From: Saprolegnia diclina VS20
Taxonomy: Eukaryota
Length of the DNA: 64,000 nt
Direction of reading: 5' to 3'
Assembly (NCBI RefSeq): GCF_000281045.1
Contig: NW_008246078.1
Location: 878,280-942,279 of the forward strand
Part shown: piece by piece, positions 22,304 through 35,495 of the stretch
How the letters are laid out: each line of letters starts with the position of its first letter
Position numbering within the stretch: the stretch's first letter is position 1
The notes under the pieces: model-generated
What the model saw: only the letters and a program-made list of their open reading frames with translations
The model's database searches: none
What the model was told of the DNA's origin: nothing
Position numbers and translations under genes: made by a program

Positions 22304-25284
22304 GATGGACTCGCCCGAGCATGCGACAACGTCGACGGAAGCATGGCTGCAAGCTCGACGTGGCTGGCTGCGTACTGCATGGAGGCCGCGCAGGAGCTGC
22401 GTCGAGCGCCGATGAAGCGGACCCGGCCGCGCTTGAACCTGAGCGACCTCGACCCGGGCTCGGCGAGCGAGACAAGCGAGCGTCCCACGAAGAAGCCTCG
22501 ACGAGGAAAGAAGAGAGGCCGCGCGATGGCGGTACGATCCCTGCGGCTCGCCATGTCATGATGCTACTGATGAGATCAGGACGGGGCAGCCCCGAGTACC
22601 CCAACCGATACCAAGGAAGAAGAGCTCATGAAGCTGCGTGTCGTCGACCTGAAAAAGAAGCTCCAGACGCGTGGTCTTGTGTGCTACGGTCTCAAAGCTG
22701 TCCTAGTGCTGCGCCTTGCCGAGGCCATGCGGCAGGAAGAGATGGCGCTGGACGACGACGACGGTCCAGCCTCGATCGATGGAAACTGCTCTATCAGCGC
22801 AATCGACGACGACAGCCCAGCGGCGTCTCCTTGGGGAGAAATCGGATCGCCGGTCCCGACGGCCAAGTCGTCCAAGCCAGCTGCGCGCAATCCGGCGCGA
22901 TCCCTTGCCGACGCGTTCGACGAGGAGGCGTCGCCCGACCCGAGCACGCAACCGAGCGCTATCTCGAACGAACCTTCAAGCTCAGCGTCCATGGCAAGTC
23001 CGATGCACTCGAACGTCGACGGCGCCGCTTCCTATCCCCCCATCGACCCGCCGGCCGAGACACCCACCCACGAGATCGCTATTTTGCTCAAAACGCCTCC
23101 ACCTGTACCAGCCTCTCTCAGCGACTCGAAAGGCTTGTCTTCTCGTATGAAGTCCAGCCGCTCCCCGATCGTCCCGCTGAGTCATGCTGCATCTCCGACG
23201 GCCCCACTGCATGCAACTCTGGTCCAAGTCGCTCCAACCGCGCCGGACAACGCCACCACGACAACGGTCGACACGGCGCTGGTACCGACAGAGTCTGAAC
23301 GTGCCAGCAACGAGCCCGAGAGTCTGCGTGGCGATACCGACGCCGCACCTTCAGCAGGTGACATTCTCAAATCAACAAAGTCGCCGGCAGAGACGGCCGC
23401 CGTCGGTGGCCGGCCCGACTTGATGTCCTCGGACAGCAGCAGTCAATCGTCGGACGACGACGAGCACAGCACGTCCTTTTTGGCCAAGGGCTTTGCGACG
23501 ATCAAGTCGGCCATGCAGCGCCACGTGCTAGGTACCTCGGTGCGCAAGACGCCGCCACCGACGTACATTGAACTGGAGCGGCTCTCGATGGCGCCCCGAC
23601 GAAGCTCTTTGGTGCCGCCCCTGTCGGTGTTGGACCTCTCGACCGCGCGGCTAAGTCCTGTGGCGTCGCCCTTTGACGCACCCGGGATACCCGAGGGGCG
23701 CCTCTCGTCCCCCGAGCTGCGCGACGTCATTGAGCGCGAGTCCAAACGGCTGCGCGAGACGGCGCGGGCGCTCGCCAAACAGCGCGTCGCCAAGGAGCGT
23801 AGCCTTTCCAAGGCGGTCGAGCCACTCTTTCAAGAGCCACCGCTGGTGGAGCACGACCAAGTGTCGGCTGCGAGCTCGAGTCGACAGTTGCACCCAGGAT
23901 CGCGGACGTCGTCGGTCGCTGCGCCGCCAAGTGCGCTGAGCAAGCGCCCGCCCAACCTCGTCTCTGGACTGACATCCTTTGGTGCGCGCAAGCGTACGTC
24001 CTCGACGTGCGGGGCGACGATGATTCCGTCGCTGTTGGAAGCCGAGCGGAGTCGGTTGGCGGATGAGAAGAAGATGCTCGAGAAGGAGCTTCGGCGCGAA
24101 GCGCTGCACCAAAAGTACGCCATTCACCGCAAGCACGACGACAGCGTCCGCAAAAAGCCGCGCGACGAGCCGGACAAGGTGTCGCTCGTGTCGCGTACCT
24201 TCTTGGTGCTGAGAGCACCATGGTCAAATAGGTCCGTGACGAGGCGGCAGAGAAGAAGCAGCGAGACCTTGACGCGGCGCGGAAGCGGCGCTTGCAATGC
24301 ATGCACGCGGCGCAAGAGGCCAAGAAGATGCAAGAGCGGGAAGAGAGAGAGAAGGTTCGGCTGCCGCCAACCACATACCGAAGGCACGGCGTGTACTAGG
24401 CCCGTGAAGCGACAGAGAAGAAGCAACGCGACTTTGACGCGGCGCGCAAACTGCGGCTACACGACATGTATGCACAAGAAGCCAAGAAGGTGCCGGACCG
24501 AGCCCGCCCCACGCACAAGGTGAGCGTCATGGATCCCGTCGAGGACTTGGTGGTGACGTATCTATAGAAACCGCGGAGTACCGGCAAGCCCGCGGTGCCC
24601 AGTGTCCAGCATGCGACGCTCAAGAGACTCAAGGAGCCGGCGACGCTACCAAAATGCCCCGTCAAGACCAAAATGTCGGCCAAAGGAACCTCGTCGCGCA
24701 AGGCCATCAAACCGGTTCTGTCTTACTGTAATCGGTCGAGTTGCTAACGGCTCGTGGGCGTAGACCATCAGCGGGCTACCAACAAAGCGCCAAAAGATCA
24801 CTGCGGCCAAGAGCGTTCTCGAGGTTGAGCCTCCCGCCTCGTACACCATGTCCGAGCCCGAAGAAAGGTTGGTGATATGCAAAGACATATGGGACCATGG
24901 AGTGTGCGGTAGCGACGAGAGCGACATGGACACGGAGGACTATGCGGCGCTCAACAAGCCGCTGCCGGCTTGGGCCCAGAAGGCCAACCTCGACCAAGCC
25001 CTCGCAGTCCAGTTTGGGCCGCACGGCGTGGACCCGAGCACGATCTTTCCCGACTTTGTCGGCTCGTGCGACCTCAAGCGTACGTTCGCCCACCGTTTAT
25101 AACTGTTGGGATTGTGTACATAATTGTCTGTCTAGTCATTTTTGAAGGCTACGTCGAGCCAAAACGCTCGTTCCATCGACGCACGAGCTCGGGCAATTGG
25201 CACATGGACCAGCCAACGCGGCTTGAGAAAGCCCACTACAAGCACGTCATGGGCTTTGGCGCCGCGACGACCTTTGTCGCCTAG
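22304..25284 (+). CDS. INCENP: INCENP-like protein with SAP domain and C-terminal Aurora-binding IN-box; about 6 introns, 5' end in gap
   Basis: SAP motif LRVVDLKKKLQTRGL...GLKAVLVLRL (about 22628-22720); charged helical region; LPAWAQ..L..AL..Q...DP..IF...CDL..IF...RSFHRRTSSGNW matches the IN-box. Confidence 0.75.
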
Positions 25285-25677
25285 TCGCAGATACATAGAG
25301 TGTCAAGTTGTACATTGAAAGAGTGAGATCAAGTTTGTTTGCACCCCGTTAGCTCTGCAGGAAGCTCTGCGCATGGGCCGGCGATGTACGAATGAACGTA
25401 GTCGACTGAGAATTTTTACGTTTAGTCGAATGCGACTAGGGATAACTGTGGTCATTGTTGTCGGCGGGATTGGTACAGTTTGGCGCAGTTTGGCGCCGTT
25501 GAAAATCCTAATAAAACGCGATGCGTTTTATATTTTAAATCGTGGAAGCGGCACGTTTTAATGCTAAATTGAATGCTATCGAGATATTTGTATGGAAATG
25601 CGTGAAATATATTGTATGCGTCGTGAGAGTGGGTGTAGGAATAAAATTCGACCGGTGGAGCCGCAAGCACGACGACG

Positions 25678-26526
25678 ATGGGCACGTACCTCGAGGACTA
25701 CCTCGAGAGCATCTACATGCTGCCGTCCGAGGTCAAGCGCAACTTTGAGCTCATGCGCGAGCTCGACAAGGCGACGCGCGGGATCATGGAAGAGCTACGC
25801 GAGTCCCAGTCCGAGTACCTGCGCGACGCCCGCGAGCGCGTCCGCGTCCGCTGCAGCGACACGTCGCTGCCCGAGCCCACCGAGGAAGAGCTCCGCGCGT
25901 TGGTCGAGCAAGAAGTGCCAAAGGACGACCCGAGCGCGCCGCCCGATGAAGCAAGCCCGCCACCGAATCCGCTCCTCGCGTCCTTGAAGGCGAAGCGCCA
26001 CTTGGTCATCCAAAAGATGGACGAGAAGGTGGCGATTGCGTCGCAGAGCTACGACCTGATTGACCACCACATTCGCCGGCTCGACAACGACCTCGCCAAC
26101 TACACGGCGCTTTTGCAGGCCAACGGCGAGTACGAAGACGAGAAGATTGTCATCAAGAAACCGGTCGCGGCCGTCGCACCGGCCGTGCCGCAAGCCGCGA
26201 CCGCGACCACCAACAAGAAGGCCGCCGTGCCTGTGGCCACGGTCAAGAAGAGCGCGGGCTCGAACCGGAAGCGCAACGCTGCCGAGGCGCAGCTGGAAGC
26301 GATTCCCGAGGCGAGTGCGGTTGTAGGCACGGGGCACATTGCGCTCGAGGACCTTCCGATCGACCCGAACGAGCCGCTCTACTGCCACTGCCGGCGCGTC
26401 TCGTACGGCCAAATGATCGGGTGCGACAACGAAGACTGCAAGTACGAGTGGTTCCACTTTGACTGCGTCGGCTTGACCGAGCAGCCCGCCGGCGCATGGT
26501 ACTGCACAGACTGCCGAAAGGCCTAG
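25678..26526 (+). CDS. ING: Inhibitor of growth (ING4/5-like) PHD-finger protein
   Basis: N-terminal YLEDYLESI..LPSEVKRNFELMRELD; C-terminal DPNEPLYCHCRRVSYGQMIGCDNEDCKYEWFHFDCVGL PHD. Confidence 0.95.
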   Translation: MGTYLEDYLESIYMLPSEVKRNFELMRELDKATRGIMEELRESQSEYLRDARERVRVRCSDTSLPEPTEEELRALVEQEVPKDDPSAPPDEASPPPNPLLASLKAKRHLVIQKMDEKVAIASQSYDLIDHHIRRLDNDLANYTALLQANGEYEDEKIVIKKPVAAVAPAVPQAATATTNKKAAVPVATVKKSAGSNRKRNAAEAQLEAIPEASAVVGTGHIALEDLPIDPNEPLYCHCRRVSYGQMIGCDNEDCKYEWFHFDCVGLTEQPAGAWYCTDCRKA

Positions 26527-26704
26527 TACATACGACGACTACCCTAATGCCATTCTACTATCTTCTACTCGTTCGCATTCTCGCATCGCGATCGTCGTCC
26601 AGCTACGAGTAGTATGGAAGCGGGCGTCCCAAATACAGGCCAGGCAACTTGCCCAGGATCCCACAATTAAATTAAAAATGTGAAAAATAAAATACATAGA
26701 GCTC

Positions 26705-26748
26705 AAAAATCCGAAAATCCGAAAATCAAAAATCCGAAAATCCGAAAA
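26705..26748 (+). repeat. AAAATCCG short tandem repeat upstream of TRAPPC5
   Basis: About five near-perfect copies. Confidence 0.7.
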
Positions 26749-26779
26749 TACGCTTTGTCCGAGGTTCGAGGTCGACGGG

Positions 26780-27633
26780 ATGATGTATGAAGGGGCGAAC
26801 ACGACGATCAACGCGGCCTTCTCGGCCATGTCCCTTAACCCGGCCAGCGCCTACGGGCGCAGCAGCGGGAGCAACCTCATGCTGCAGCCGGCGGCGACCG
26901 CTGCCCGCGGCAAGAAGAGCCACCTCGACCGGCCGCTCGGGCGCGGCAAGGCCGAAGTGTCCGAGTCGGCCTTCTCGTTCCTCTTTTGCGAGATGGTCCA
27001 GTACTACCAGCGGCGCGTCGAAAACATCTCGGACCTCGAGCGCCTCCTCGACTCGGCCGGCTACGGCGTCGGCGTCCGTGTGCTCGAACTTCTGAGCTAC
27101 CGCGATATGAACGGCAACATTGCGCGGTGCGTACGACGACGCGGCAAGCGCATGGACGACGACCCATGTGGCTAGGGACAAGCTGCGGCGCGAGACGCGG
27201 CTCCTCAACATGCTCCAGTTTGTCGTTTCGGTCTGCTGGAAGACGCTCTTTGGGAAGGCAGCGGACGCGCTCGAGCGCAGTACTGAAAACGAAAACGAAT
27301 GTAGCACCGCGAACATGCTACGACGAGGCTCATGCGCGACGGGACGTAGACATGATCCACGAGCTCGACCCGCTCACCAACAAGTTCATCTCGGTGCCAG
27401 TCGACATGGGCCAGCTCAACTGCGCAGCGTACATTGCTGGTGTCATCCGTGGCATCCTCGACTCGGCGGGCTTTGTACGATCAAGCGCCTCTTCGTATGG
27501 CTCCTGACGTCATGCCTAGTACTCGCAAGTCGAAGCGCATACCGTCGAGGTTGGGAACGGGCAGCCGGACAAGACGGTCTTCCTCGTCAAGTTCGACGAC
27601 CGCGTCATGAAGCGAGAAAAGGTGCTGGCGTAG
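26780..27633 (+). CDS. TRAPPC5: TRAPP complex subunit 5 (Trs31); introns 27127-27175, 27301-27349, 27475-27519
   Basis: LDRPL...[72 protein letters not shown]. Confidence 0.93.
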
Positions 27634-27999
27634 GTGTCACGGGACCATCGCTTCGAAAAACACGCAACTTGCAGTGGCATTTCTTGGCGTTGGATGTGAC
27701 ACAAGCGCACAAAATGGCGTGTTGGTAGCCAGTACAAGAGGTGCTGCTTGCGCAGTTCGATGCACGGACCTCAGTGGCGACGGTGTGTCCGTTTGGATTT
27801 GGCTGTCGACGAGCCATCGCTCAGCGCGTCACGCTTCCGAGTCATCGCTTTCGTGGGACGTACGTAGGATCGGTGAACGCTGTCGCCAAAGCTTATGTTG
27901 GAGAGTGCAGTCCTCTGCAGGTTCCTACGCTACTCCAAGGGTATATACCCGTGGTTGCTCTGCTCTATACGAAACGACGCTGAGCTGATGCCAACCAAA

Positions 28000-28540
28000 G
28001 GTAGATTCACGAAGCGTCAAGACATCCCAAGACTTTGGCGAGTGGTCGGCCTTGCCATCTCGGCGATGCGTGCTTTTCAAGTGCTTCGACATTCCCGTTG
28101 AGCTCGCGACGCTCCCCGTCGCCCGCGTCACGATCTGCTTGACACAGAACGGCAGGACGCGGTCGCTTCGTACTACTGTGATGGTCCGATGCCATCAAAA
28201 GACGCGGAAGTAAAACTCAGCGGTATGTCATCGCGGACACCTGGTCCTTCGTCAACCGCGCTGCACCATGTTGGTGTGTTGCTTGAAAAACGCCAGAGTC
28301 AGCTCGAAGGCGACGACGATGATCGATCTGACTCGGTCGCTGACGTCGCCACCGTGTTTTGCCGCTTTGGCAGACCTTTAAAGAGCGCTGGCCAAACATT
28401 GGACGTGGGCGTTCGGGGCTGATTGGCCCAAGCACTGCGCTTCAGGGCGCAAAGACGGCCGCTTCCGATGTCCTAGTCGCATTGATTGGCAAATGCATCC
28501 ACCCCGAGACTGCCAGCCAAACGATTGCGCACAATGTAGT
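28000..28540 (+). pseudogene. Decayed 3' fragment of a 2OG-oxygenase-like paralog
   Basis: DNA similarity to 30040-30500 (GTACTACTGTGATGG, TCATCGCGGAC, CAGCTCGAAGGCGACGACGA) with several frame breaks; ends KRLRTM*. Confidence 0.7.
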
Positions 28541-28959
28541 CGCCAAGGATCTCACTTTCGTGCAGTGTTCATTTCCTACGTGCCGCCTTATCGACCAATG
28601 GTGCTCGACGATGTTTGGCATAAGTACTTTATACTCCTACCTCGCGTCATGTGAATGCGTTAATAGGATTAAACACAGATATGACCTGCTCATGAACGTG
28701 TGTGTGGATGATTTGCGTGAAGTCGATGGCTGTGACCTGGGAGCCTGCCACGTCATGACATGCGAAACGCTCAACATCCGGATTAAGATCCAACGTTTTG
28801 AGACCACACAAACCATTGAAATTAGCAAACTGCACACAACGGCGACCGCAGGCGTCCTTGACCGCAAGTACGCTTTGGTGCTTCAGCATCTTGGCGTCGA
28901 TACGACCTCTCGACCATGCGCCGAACGGTCCAGCCTCAGAGCTCCCGCGCACCGAATCG

Positions 28960-30519
28960 ACGTTAGTTGACAACTGCACTCATCTTTTGGCCCAAGCAAC
29001 ACCGACTCCGGCAACTGCAGCTTGCAATGGCTCTGGCTCACGTTGAAGACGCCGTTGACGGGACTGCAGATGCGACGCTACTTGGGTATTCCTCGACCAA
29101 AGATATGGTGGCGGCACTCATCGAGATGGCCGGGCGCGACTCGGATGTGGGCCGAGAACGCTTTCGCCAAGAAGGCTACGTGATGGACGCGTACTTTCGC
29201 CTTGCTTCACGACTTCCTGGTTTCAGCGAACGCACGAGCCTGCGCCGCTGGGTGCCAGTATGCTGCAGCTGCTCCTCGATTTCGATGATGTCAAGTTGCT
29301 CAAATGGTACCTTTTCAAAAGCTGTGAGAACGAGTCGCATCCGAAACTCTACCTTTTCGGTCCCAAGCTCCATGCATGCATTGTCCGGTACGGCTACGCG
29401 CAGCTAGCGCCCGCCTTCCACGCCCTCTTGAAGCGCTGGGGAAGAATGTCATATGCCGACGCTGTCCATCTGCCGTTTGTGCTGCTTGCGAGCTTGGCCG
29501 GTGTCTCGGACGACCCGATCTGCCTCTCGATGACAGACTCGGACGCGCGCCAGCACCTACAAGCGGCTTACACTGTGCTTCGCGCATCGTGCAACGTCGA
29601 AGAGATCATGAATGTGCCCTGTGAGGACGGGGACGTCGACCACCAAGCGACCGACGCCGCCTTGCAGCTCCTCAAGAGCTGCCTCTTGCTCGAAGCGTAT
29701 TTTGGAAACGCCGAGTCGCTTCCATCTAGCATCCTCTCGCATCTACCAGACCTCGAGTCTTGGACCGACTTTCCGTGCATGTACGTACTCGCACCCGCGG
29801 TGGCATTTGCTGCGCACCACAACCCCCACGTGGCACTCGGTGCGTTCAGCGTCCACGCCGTGGCCAAGCGCGTGCGCGGTGATTTCGACCATAGCATGTC
29901 ACCATTAGCGATGGCCGGTTCGTTCTTACTACGTCTCTTGGAGAGCCCGCGCGGCGCAACGCTTCTCAGCGATATTCTTGATATGCTTGGAGATACGGAC
30001 GGCATGTGTACGAATATGCCCTTGATTTGCGGCATCTGCGTGCTCTCCAAGTTCATTGCGATCCCGATCGAGCAAGTGACGTACCTCTCGGACCACGTCG
30101 CCCGCGCTACCAAATGCTTTGTCGCGCAGCGTGATTTGGACGGGATTCTTCCGTACTACTGCGATGGCCCCGTGCCCGCGACGCGATCCGCAAGAATACA
30201 CCTCGCTTGGCGCTATATCATCGCGGACGCCTTGTCCTTCTTCAACCGCGCGGCGCCGCACCATGTCGGCATGCTGTTTGAGAAACTGCGGGGTCAGCTT
30301 GACGGCGACGACGACTATGAAGAAAACATCAAGTTTCCCGCCGACGTGGTGGCAGTAATGTTGCCGCTGCTCGAGACCTTTCATGTGCGCTGGCCAAACT
30401 TGGATGTCGGCGTTCGAGCTGGCATGGCCAAGTCACTGCACACGGCGCTTCAGGGTAGGGCAAGGGCCGATTCGGCGGTCCTCGCAGCGCTGAGCCGCCT
30501 CGCAGATCGATCCGCGTGA
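28960..30519 (+). pseudogene. 5'-truncated, frameshifted (about 29200) paralog of the 2OG-oxygenase-like family, subfamily A
   Basis: ORFs 28967-29407 and 29260-30519 are collinear with the 35496-37208 copy (ALIFWPKQHRL, SCENESHPKLYL, LPFVLLASLAGV.DDPIC). Confidence 0.75.
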
Positions 30520-31559
30520 AGGTGCTGGCCAAGTGCCCGCACACGCTGCAAAGCGTGGGTATCCCGTCTTTAATTCCTTGTGTATATCCTCGACAAAACT
30601 TGGTTTGCGATATGGCGTTTCGGGAACTTTCCGTGGTATATCGACAATAGTATACATTGTTTTCACGAGTTGATGGCGCTTTTACCTGCAGCGATGCGAT
30701 CAGGACCTCATTTTATACTAAGAGATTATTACGACATCGCCAAATCTACATCTATGGTTGTGGCCGGCTTGAGCTATGGTTCTTGGTTCATAAATGTGCG
30801 CAGCCATTGAGCGTTTCATAATACGATGACGTGGCAAGCCAAGCGCCCGGAATACCATGACGTGGCATAACGAGCGACGATGAAAGGTGTCTGACATTTT
30901 CGCGTTCTTGCCACTCAAGTGTGAATAAGCAATGTTTGTACCAGTATGGGCTTTCGAATTTTGCTATGCAGCGAACGCAGTCGGGTATCAGGAAAGAGTC
31001 TCAACAAGGCCTGCTCAATACTACTACACGACCCGTATACCCTGCCACGCGGAGCTCGAGCTTCAATCTTCCACGTCAGATGGCGACCCTCGCTGTTCCG
31101 ATCTGATGCCAAACTAGTGCAATCTCGTCATTAAGAAGTCGATAATAACAACACTTGGTTGAAGTGAGTCGTCCACTGTATTGGACTGACCCTTTCAACA
31201 CCAGATAATATCGTCGGCCTTGGTCCTCCGTTGAGCGACCGAGTCCAACTGGACAGAGACAGCACATGCGCTCCGCTATAACACAAGATACCGGCGTCGC
31301 GATGCTGTGATACACTGTAAAACGAAGCCAGAGAGGATCGAGCAGCTCTGGCTCGTGGACGCACGATGAGCAGTGCAAAAATCGCAAGAAGTAGTTACTA
31401 GGTATGGTAGCCTGAGAAGTGCGTCGTAACCAAAAGATTTGCTGGCCACCAGTGCACGTACACCGTCGACAAGAGGATGCGTCGAGATGGCAAGTGCTAT
31501 CTAGATACACTCGTACACCGGAATTGCCTCCGACGACATAGTCCAAACGACCGTTTCAA

Positions 31560-34081
31560 GTGCTAGGGATACCTGTATTCGGACAAACGATACGAACCAC
31601 AAGCATTTCAGATTCTTCAGCGAGCCGAATAAACACAATGAAGATGGGCGGCGTCACGGCGGTGGGCAACCGCTACGCCAACATCGCCTACTACTCGGTG
31701 ATGAATGCGCTCGAGCTTCCTGCGCACGACACCTCTGTCACCAGCAGCCGTCTCGAGCCACTAAATCAAGCAACGGCCGCAGCACAGTTGACAGCGATGG
31801 CCAGTGCGCGGTATGTCCCCCACAAGGCCTTCTACTACCACACGGACCGCAAGGACCATTAATCAAAGAAGAAACCGCTAAGCTTTGCAGATTTGCGCGG
31901 ACGTGCTTTGGCGCTTGTCAACGCCCTCGATACGTCGGGCGAGTACGACTACGTGCTGGCTACTTACACTGAGAAGCCCCCCAAGTTCATTGTTCGCCCC
32001 CCAAACGCTCTGATACCGCCCAAGGTGCTGCAAGGCCTCGACGAGACGACGCGCGACTTCGGGGGATCGTCATGCACTCTTCTCTTTTGGGCCAAGCGCC
32101 ACCGGCTTCGATTTCTCGGTGGCTTTCAACCCGCCCTCGCTTACGCCCGCAGCGTCGTCCAAGGTGGCGCCGACGAAGACCTCGGGTATCCGTCCAACGA
32201 CGCGCTCATCCTCGCGCTCATTGAAGTCGCCAGCGGCATTGACGACAAGGGCCAAGACGACGTGGGGATTTCCTCTATGGCTCCGACAACGACAGCGACA
32301 ATGACAGCGAAAGGCATCGTTCAGCAACCTTCTCCGAACACGATTTCTTCTTTAACAATGACAGCGAACACGACGATACGCTCTCCGACACATGGCTCAA
32401 GAAGACGCACGAGCCTGAGCTACCAGGAGCGACGATGCTGCAATTTCTTCTCGACGTCAACAACATCGACCTCATCGATGAATACCTCCGCCACAGCTGC
32501 CAAAACCACGATCATCCCAAGATGCACCACATTGGACCCAAGCTCCATGCGTGCCTTACTACGTACGGTTGGTCTGCCCTTGGCTCTGCAGTACAAGCAA
32601 TGGTGCAGCGCTGGGTCGCAACGTCGCCGCCCGAGATCCTGCATTTGCCGTTTGTGCTGCTCGCGAGTCTGGCCGGCGTGCTGGACGACCCGATCTGCGC
32701 GCCGCTCGACCATCCGCGCCTCCCCGAGGTCATCCAAGCCGCGTACGTGGCCCTTCGCAGTGCATGCGATGCAGCAAAAGCATTGGATTTTGACGTTTTG
32801 TCAAGAGGGCGGCGCTGCAAGCCGATCGCGATGGATGCGGCGCTGCACATGGTCAAGTGCAGTCTCTTGATTGAAGCGTTGCTTCGCGACGCAGTTGTGG
32901 TATCGTCGTCCTGGGCGCTGGACAAGTCTCTTCCGCCGGTCCTAATCTCGATGGTCCATAGCTACTGGGCACCGGTTGGTATCATGGCAGCGATGACAGG
33001 CGACGCTCGCTCCAAGAACTTTCAAAACCATGCACTCCTCCCCGCGATCGGGTTGGCCATGGAGCTGAACCCACGTGTCGACTATGCGCCCTATGTCCTC
33101 AAACCGTTTGACCACCCCGAGAGCGACGGCTCGAGTGACGCCTCGCTGTCGATCGCGGCAGCCACGGGCAGTCTCTTTTACTTTGCGACGGCGCGCAAGG
33201 ACAAGCTCGAGACGTTTTATGATTTCTTTATCGAACTCGGTTTTCACGAGAACGACCACATGCTTTGGCTCGTCCGCGCGATCTGCAACGTCAGTAAGCG
33301 CCTCACGATGCGCAGCAAGCACGTCACCGATCTCGCCAAGTTGGCGGCGAAAGCCATGCGAAGCGTCACGCTTGCGCCGGGCGAACTCGACAACGTGGTT
33401 CGATCGTACGGTGGCGATGCGGTGCCTCTCGATGATGAGTTGCGCCACGAGTACACGTGTCGGTGCAGCATCTCGGACGCCCTTGGCTTCTTCAATGATG
33501 TCGCACCCTTCCACGTCGGGCTCCTCATCAACAAGCTCCAAAAGTACCTTCGAGGCAGCCACGTCGCGCCGCTGCGGGCAGCAAGCGTGATAGTACCGCT
33601 GCTGCAAGACTTTGGCTCTCGCTGGCCTATCCTTGCACTGAGCGTCCGGAACGACATTGCGGAGGCCCTGCGAGTGCACTTGGCCGATACGGCGGCTCTT
33701 GTCGTACGTAAGTTCAAAGACTGGAGCATCGAGATCAATGGGACGACCAACTGCGCATGTCACGCCTGTACAAAAATGCACGCGTTTTTGCGCTCGCAAA
33801 CACAGCGCAAGCTCGAGATGGATCAAGAGAATACCACGCCGTGCGAACACTGGACAACTACGCTTGCGCAACTCGAGGGTACCAACCGTGTCCGGCGCAA
33901 GGAGTATGGCATCGCCAAGGTCACAGGACCGGAACACGTTAAAGATGCCTACTTGTTGCGCATCTGCATACAGCAACGCGAGGACCGCCAACGCGTGTCG
34001 GAGCTCCTTGCCATGGTGGTCGCAGTCATCGGAAGCGCCAAGGACGGACAGCACGAGACCAAGCGCCTGTGCGTCGCCTAG
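31560..34081 (+). pseudogene. Paralog of subfamily B, with a stop at 31860-31862 and a frameshift at about 32260; 32435-34081 remains open (548 aa)
   Basis: ALVNALDTSGEYDYV, LFWAKRHRLRFLGGF, HSCQNHDHPKMHHIGPKL, FKDWSI...CACHAC...FLRS, terminal KRLCVA*. Confidence 0.78.
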
Positions 34082-34369
34082 TCGATGAAACGAACGCGTG
34101 TGATCAAGACCACGAACGCTGATTCCATCAGACGGCATCCCCTAAGAATTTATTGCATTGCATTTTACATGTCACGTCACGTCATCTTTGCTTGGTTGAT
34201 CCAAAGCTGTTGCATCGAGCGACCACTTAGACCGAGTGCACGATGTATTCATGGCTCTTGTAGAATTCGTTTCTTGCGACAAAGACATCTTGTATCTTTA
34301 TACGAGATGGAGGTCGCTGTGCAAGAAATGCCTGTGAATGTGCTTCTGGCACTAGCGTGCTCGGAGAGC

Positions 34370-34960
34370 CCGCCACGTCATGCAAAGTGAAACGCTTGGA
34401 GTTGGAACTGGCGCAAGGGCAGAAAACCGCAAATACCAACAATTCTTCATGTTGACATTAGCGATCAGACAACAACATCGACCAAAGGTTCCAACTCGAT
34501 CGCGAGTACGCTACGATGCTGGAGCATCTTGACGAGGCTACGATACCGCGCGACAGAGCCACGTTGGCCGCCAACACTAGCGGTCGAGATGCTGCGAGCC
34601 ATCGCGGCTGCGCGCCGTCAGTACAACAGCCGCGTCGGGTTTTCCACGCAGCACAAGATTACCAATTTCTCCTTGCTGCAAGATGACGATCTGGCCCTTG
34701 TCCAAGCCCTATATGCCACTGGTATGGTGCTTGCGACTTGTGACGACGCCAGCTGCATCAACGCTTTTGCTGTCAAGGACGGTCGTGACATTTCAGCAAG
34801 AATTCCCTCGAGCCTCATAGGAGCCAACGCGAAAACAGCCTTTATGTCTATTCGACAACGCCACTCGTCTTTTGGCCCAAGCAGCACTGGCTGGGAGCTA
34901 CATGCAGGAAGATTGCCGCCGACGTGCACGCAAGTATTTGACAGCGTCGTGCGTGGGGCG
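34370..34960 (+). pseudogene. Decayed fragment of the same family, with the promoter motif
   Basis: LALVQALYATGMVLATCD and CTTTTGGCCCAAGCAGCAC (FWPKQH); GCCACGTCAT at 34372. Confidence 0.55.
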
Positions 34961-35495
34961 CCGGTACAAGCGTCAACGATCGCCTCAGCCAGCACGGTCC
35001 AAAACTCCTCGTCCGGCGCCAGGGAGGTGAGGTCCATGAGGTCATCTCGGGTCGTGAGGCGCTTCTCGAAAGGCGGGACGGTTGCGAGATGTTGACTCGT
35101 GCGATTCATAGGTCAGACGGTTTGTTACCGGTACCGTAATGACTTTAGGTATTTTTTATTTCGTGTACAGTAAAGCCTCGTGCCACTGAAACTCGATAAA
35201 CCACTTTTCGTGATTTATCACCAAAATATTTTCATGAAATGGTCGGGCAGGAGTGTTTGCTTTGAGCGTTTCGTGTTGCAGTTTGACGTGGCGCGCTGAT
35301 AGGCCTCGATTCCATGACGTGGCGGAACGAGCAACGACCAGATGCATCGTTTCCTGCAAACCTGTGCTCTCGTCATCAGCCGCATTCCAAGGCTCAATAT
35401 CGGCAGTAGTGCCAAAATGCAATGAAAAGACAATGTATATTTGGTGGAACATAATGTTGTCGAGTCCAACAACAGTGTACTGTAGCTCGAGTACT

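Noticed and set aside
26705..26748. Interstitial telomere interpretation of the AAAATCC repeats
   Set aside because: The reverse complement is GGATTTT, not TTTAGGG; it matches only when read backwards.
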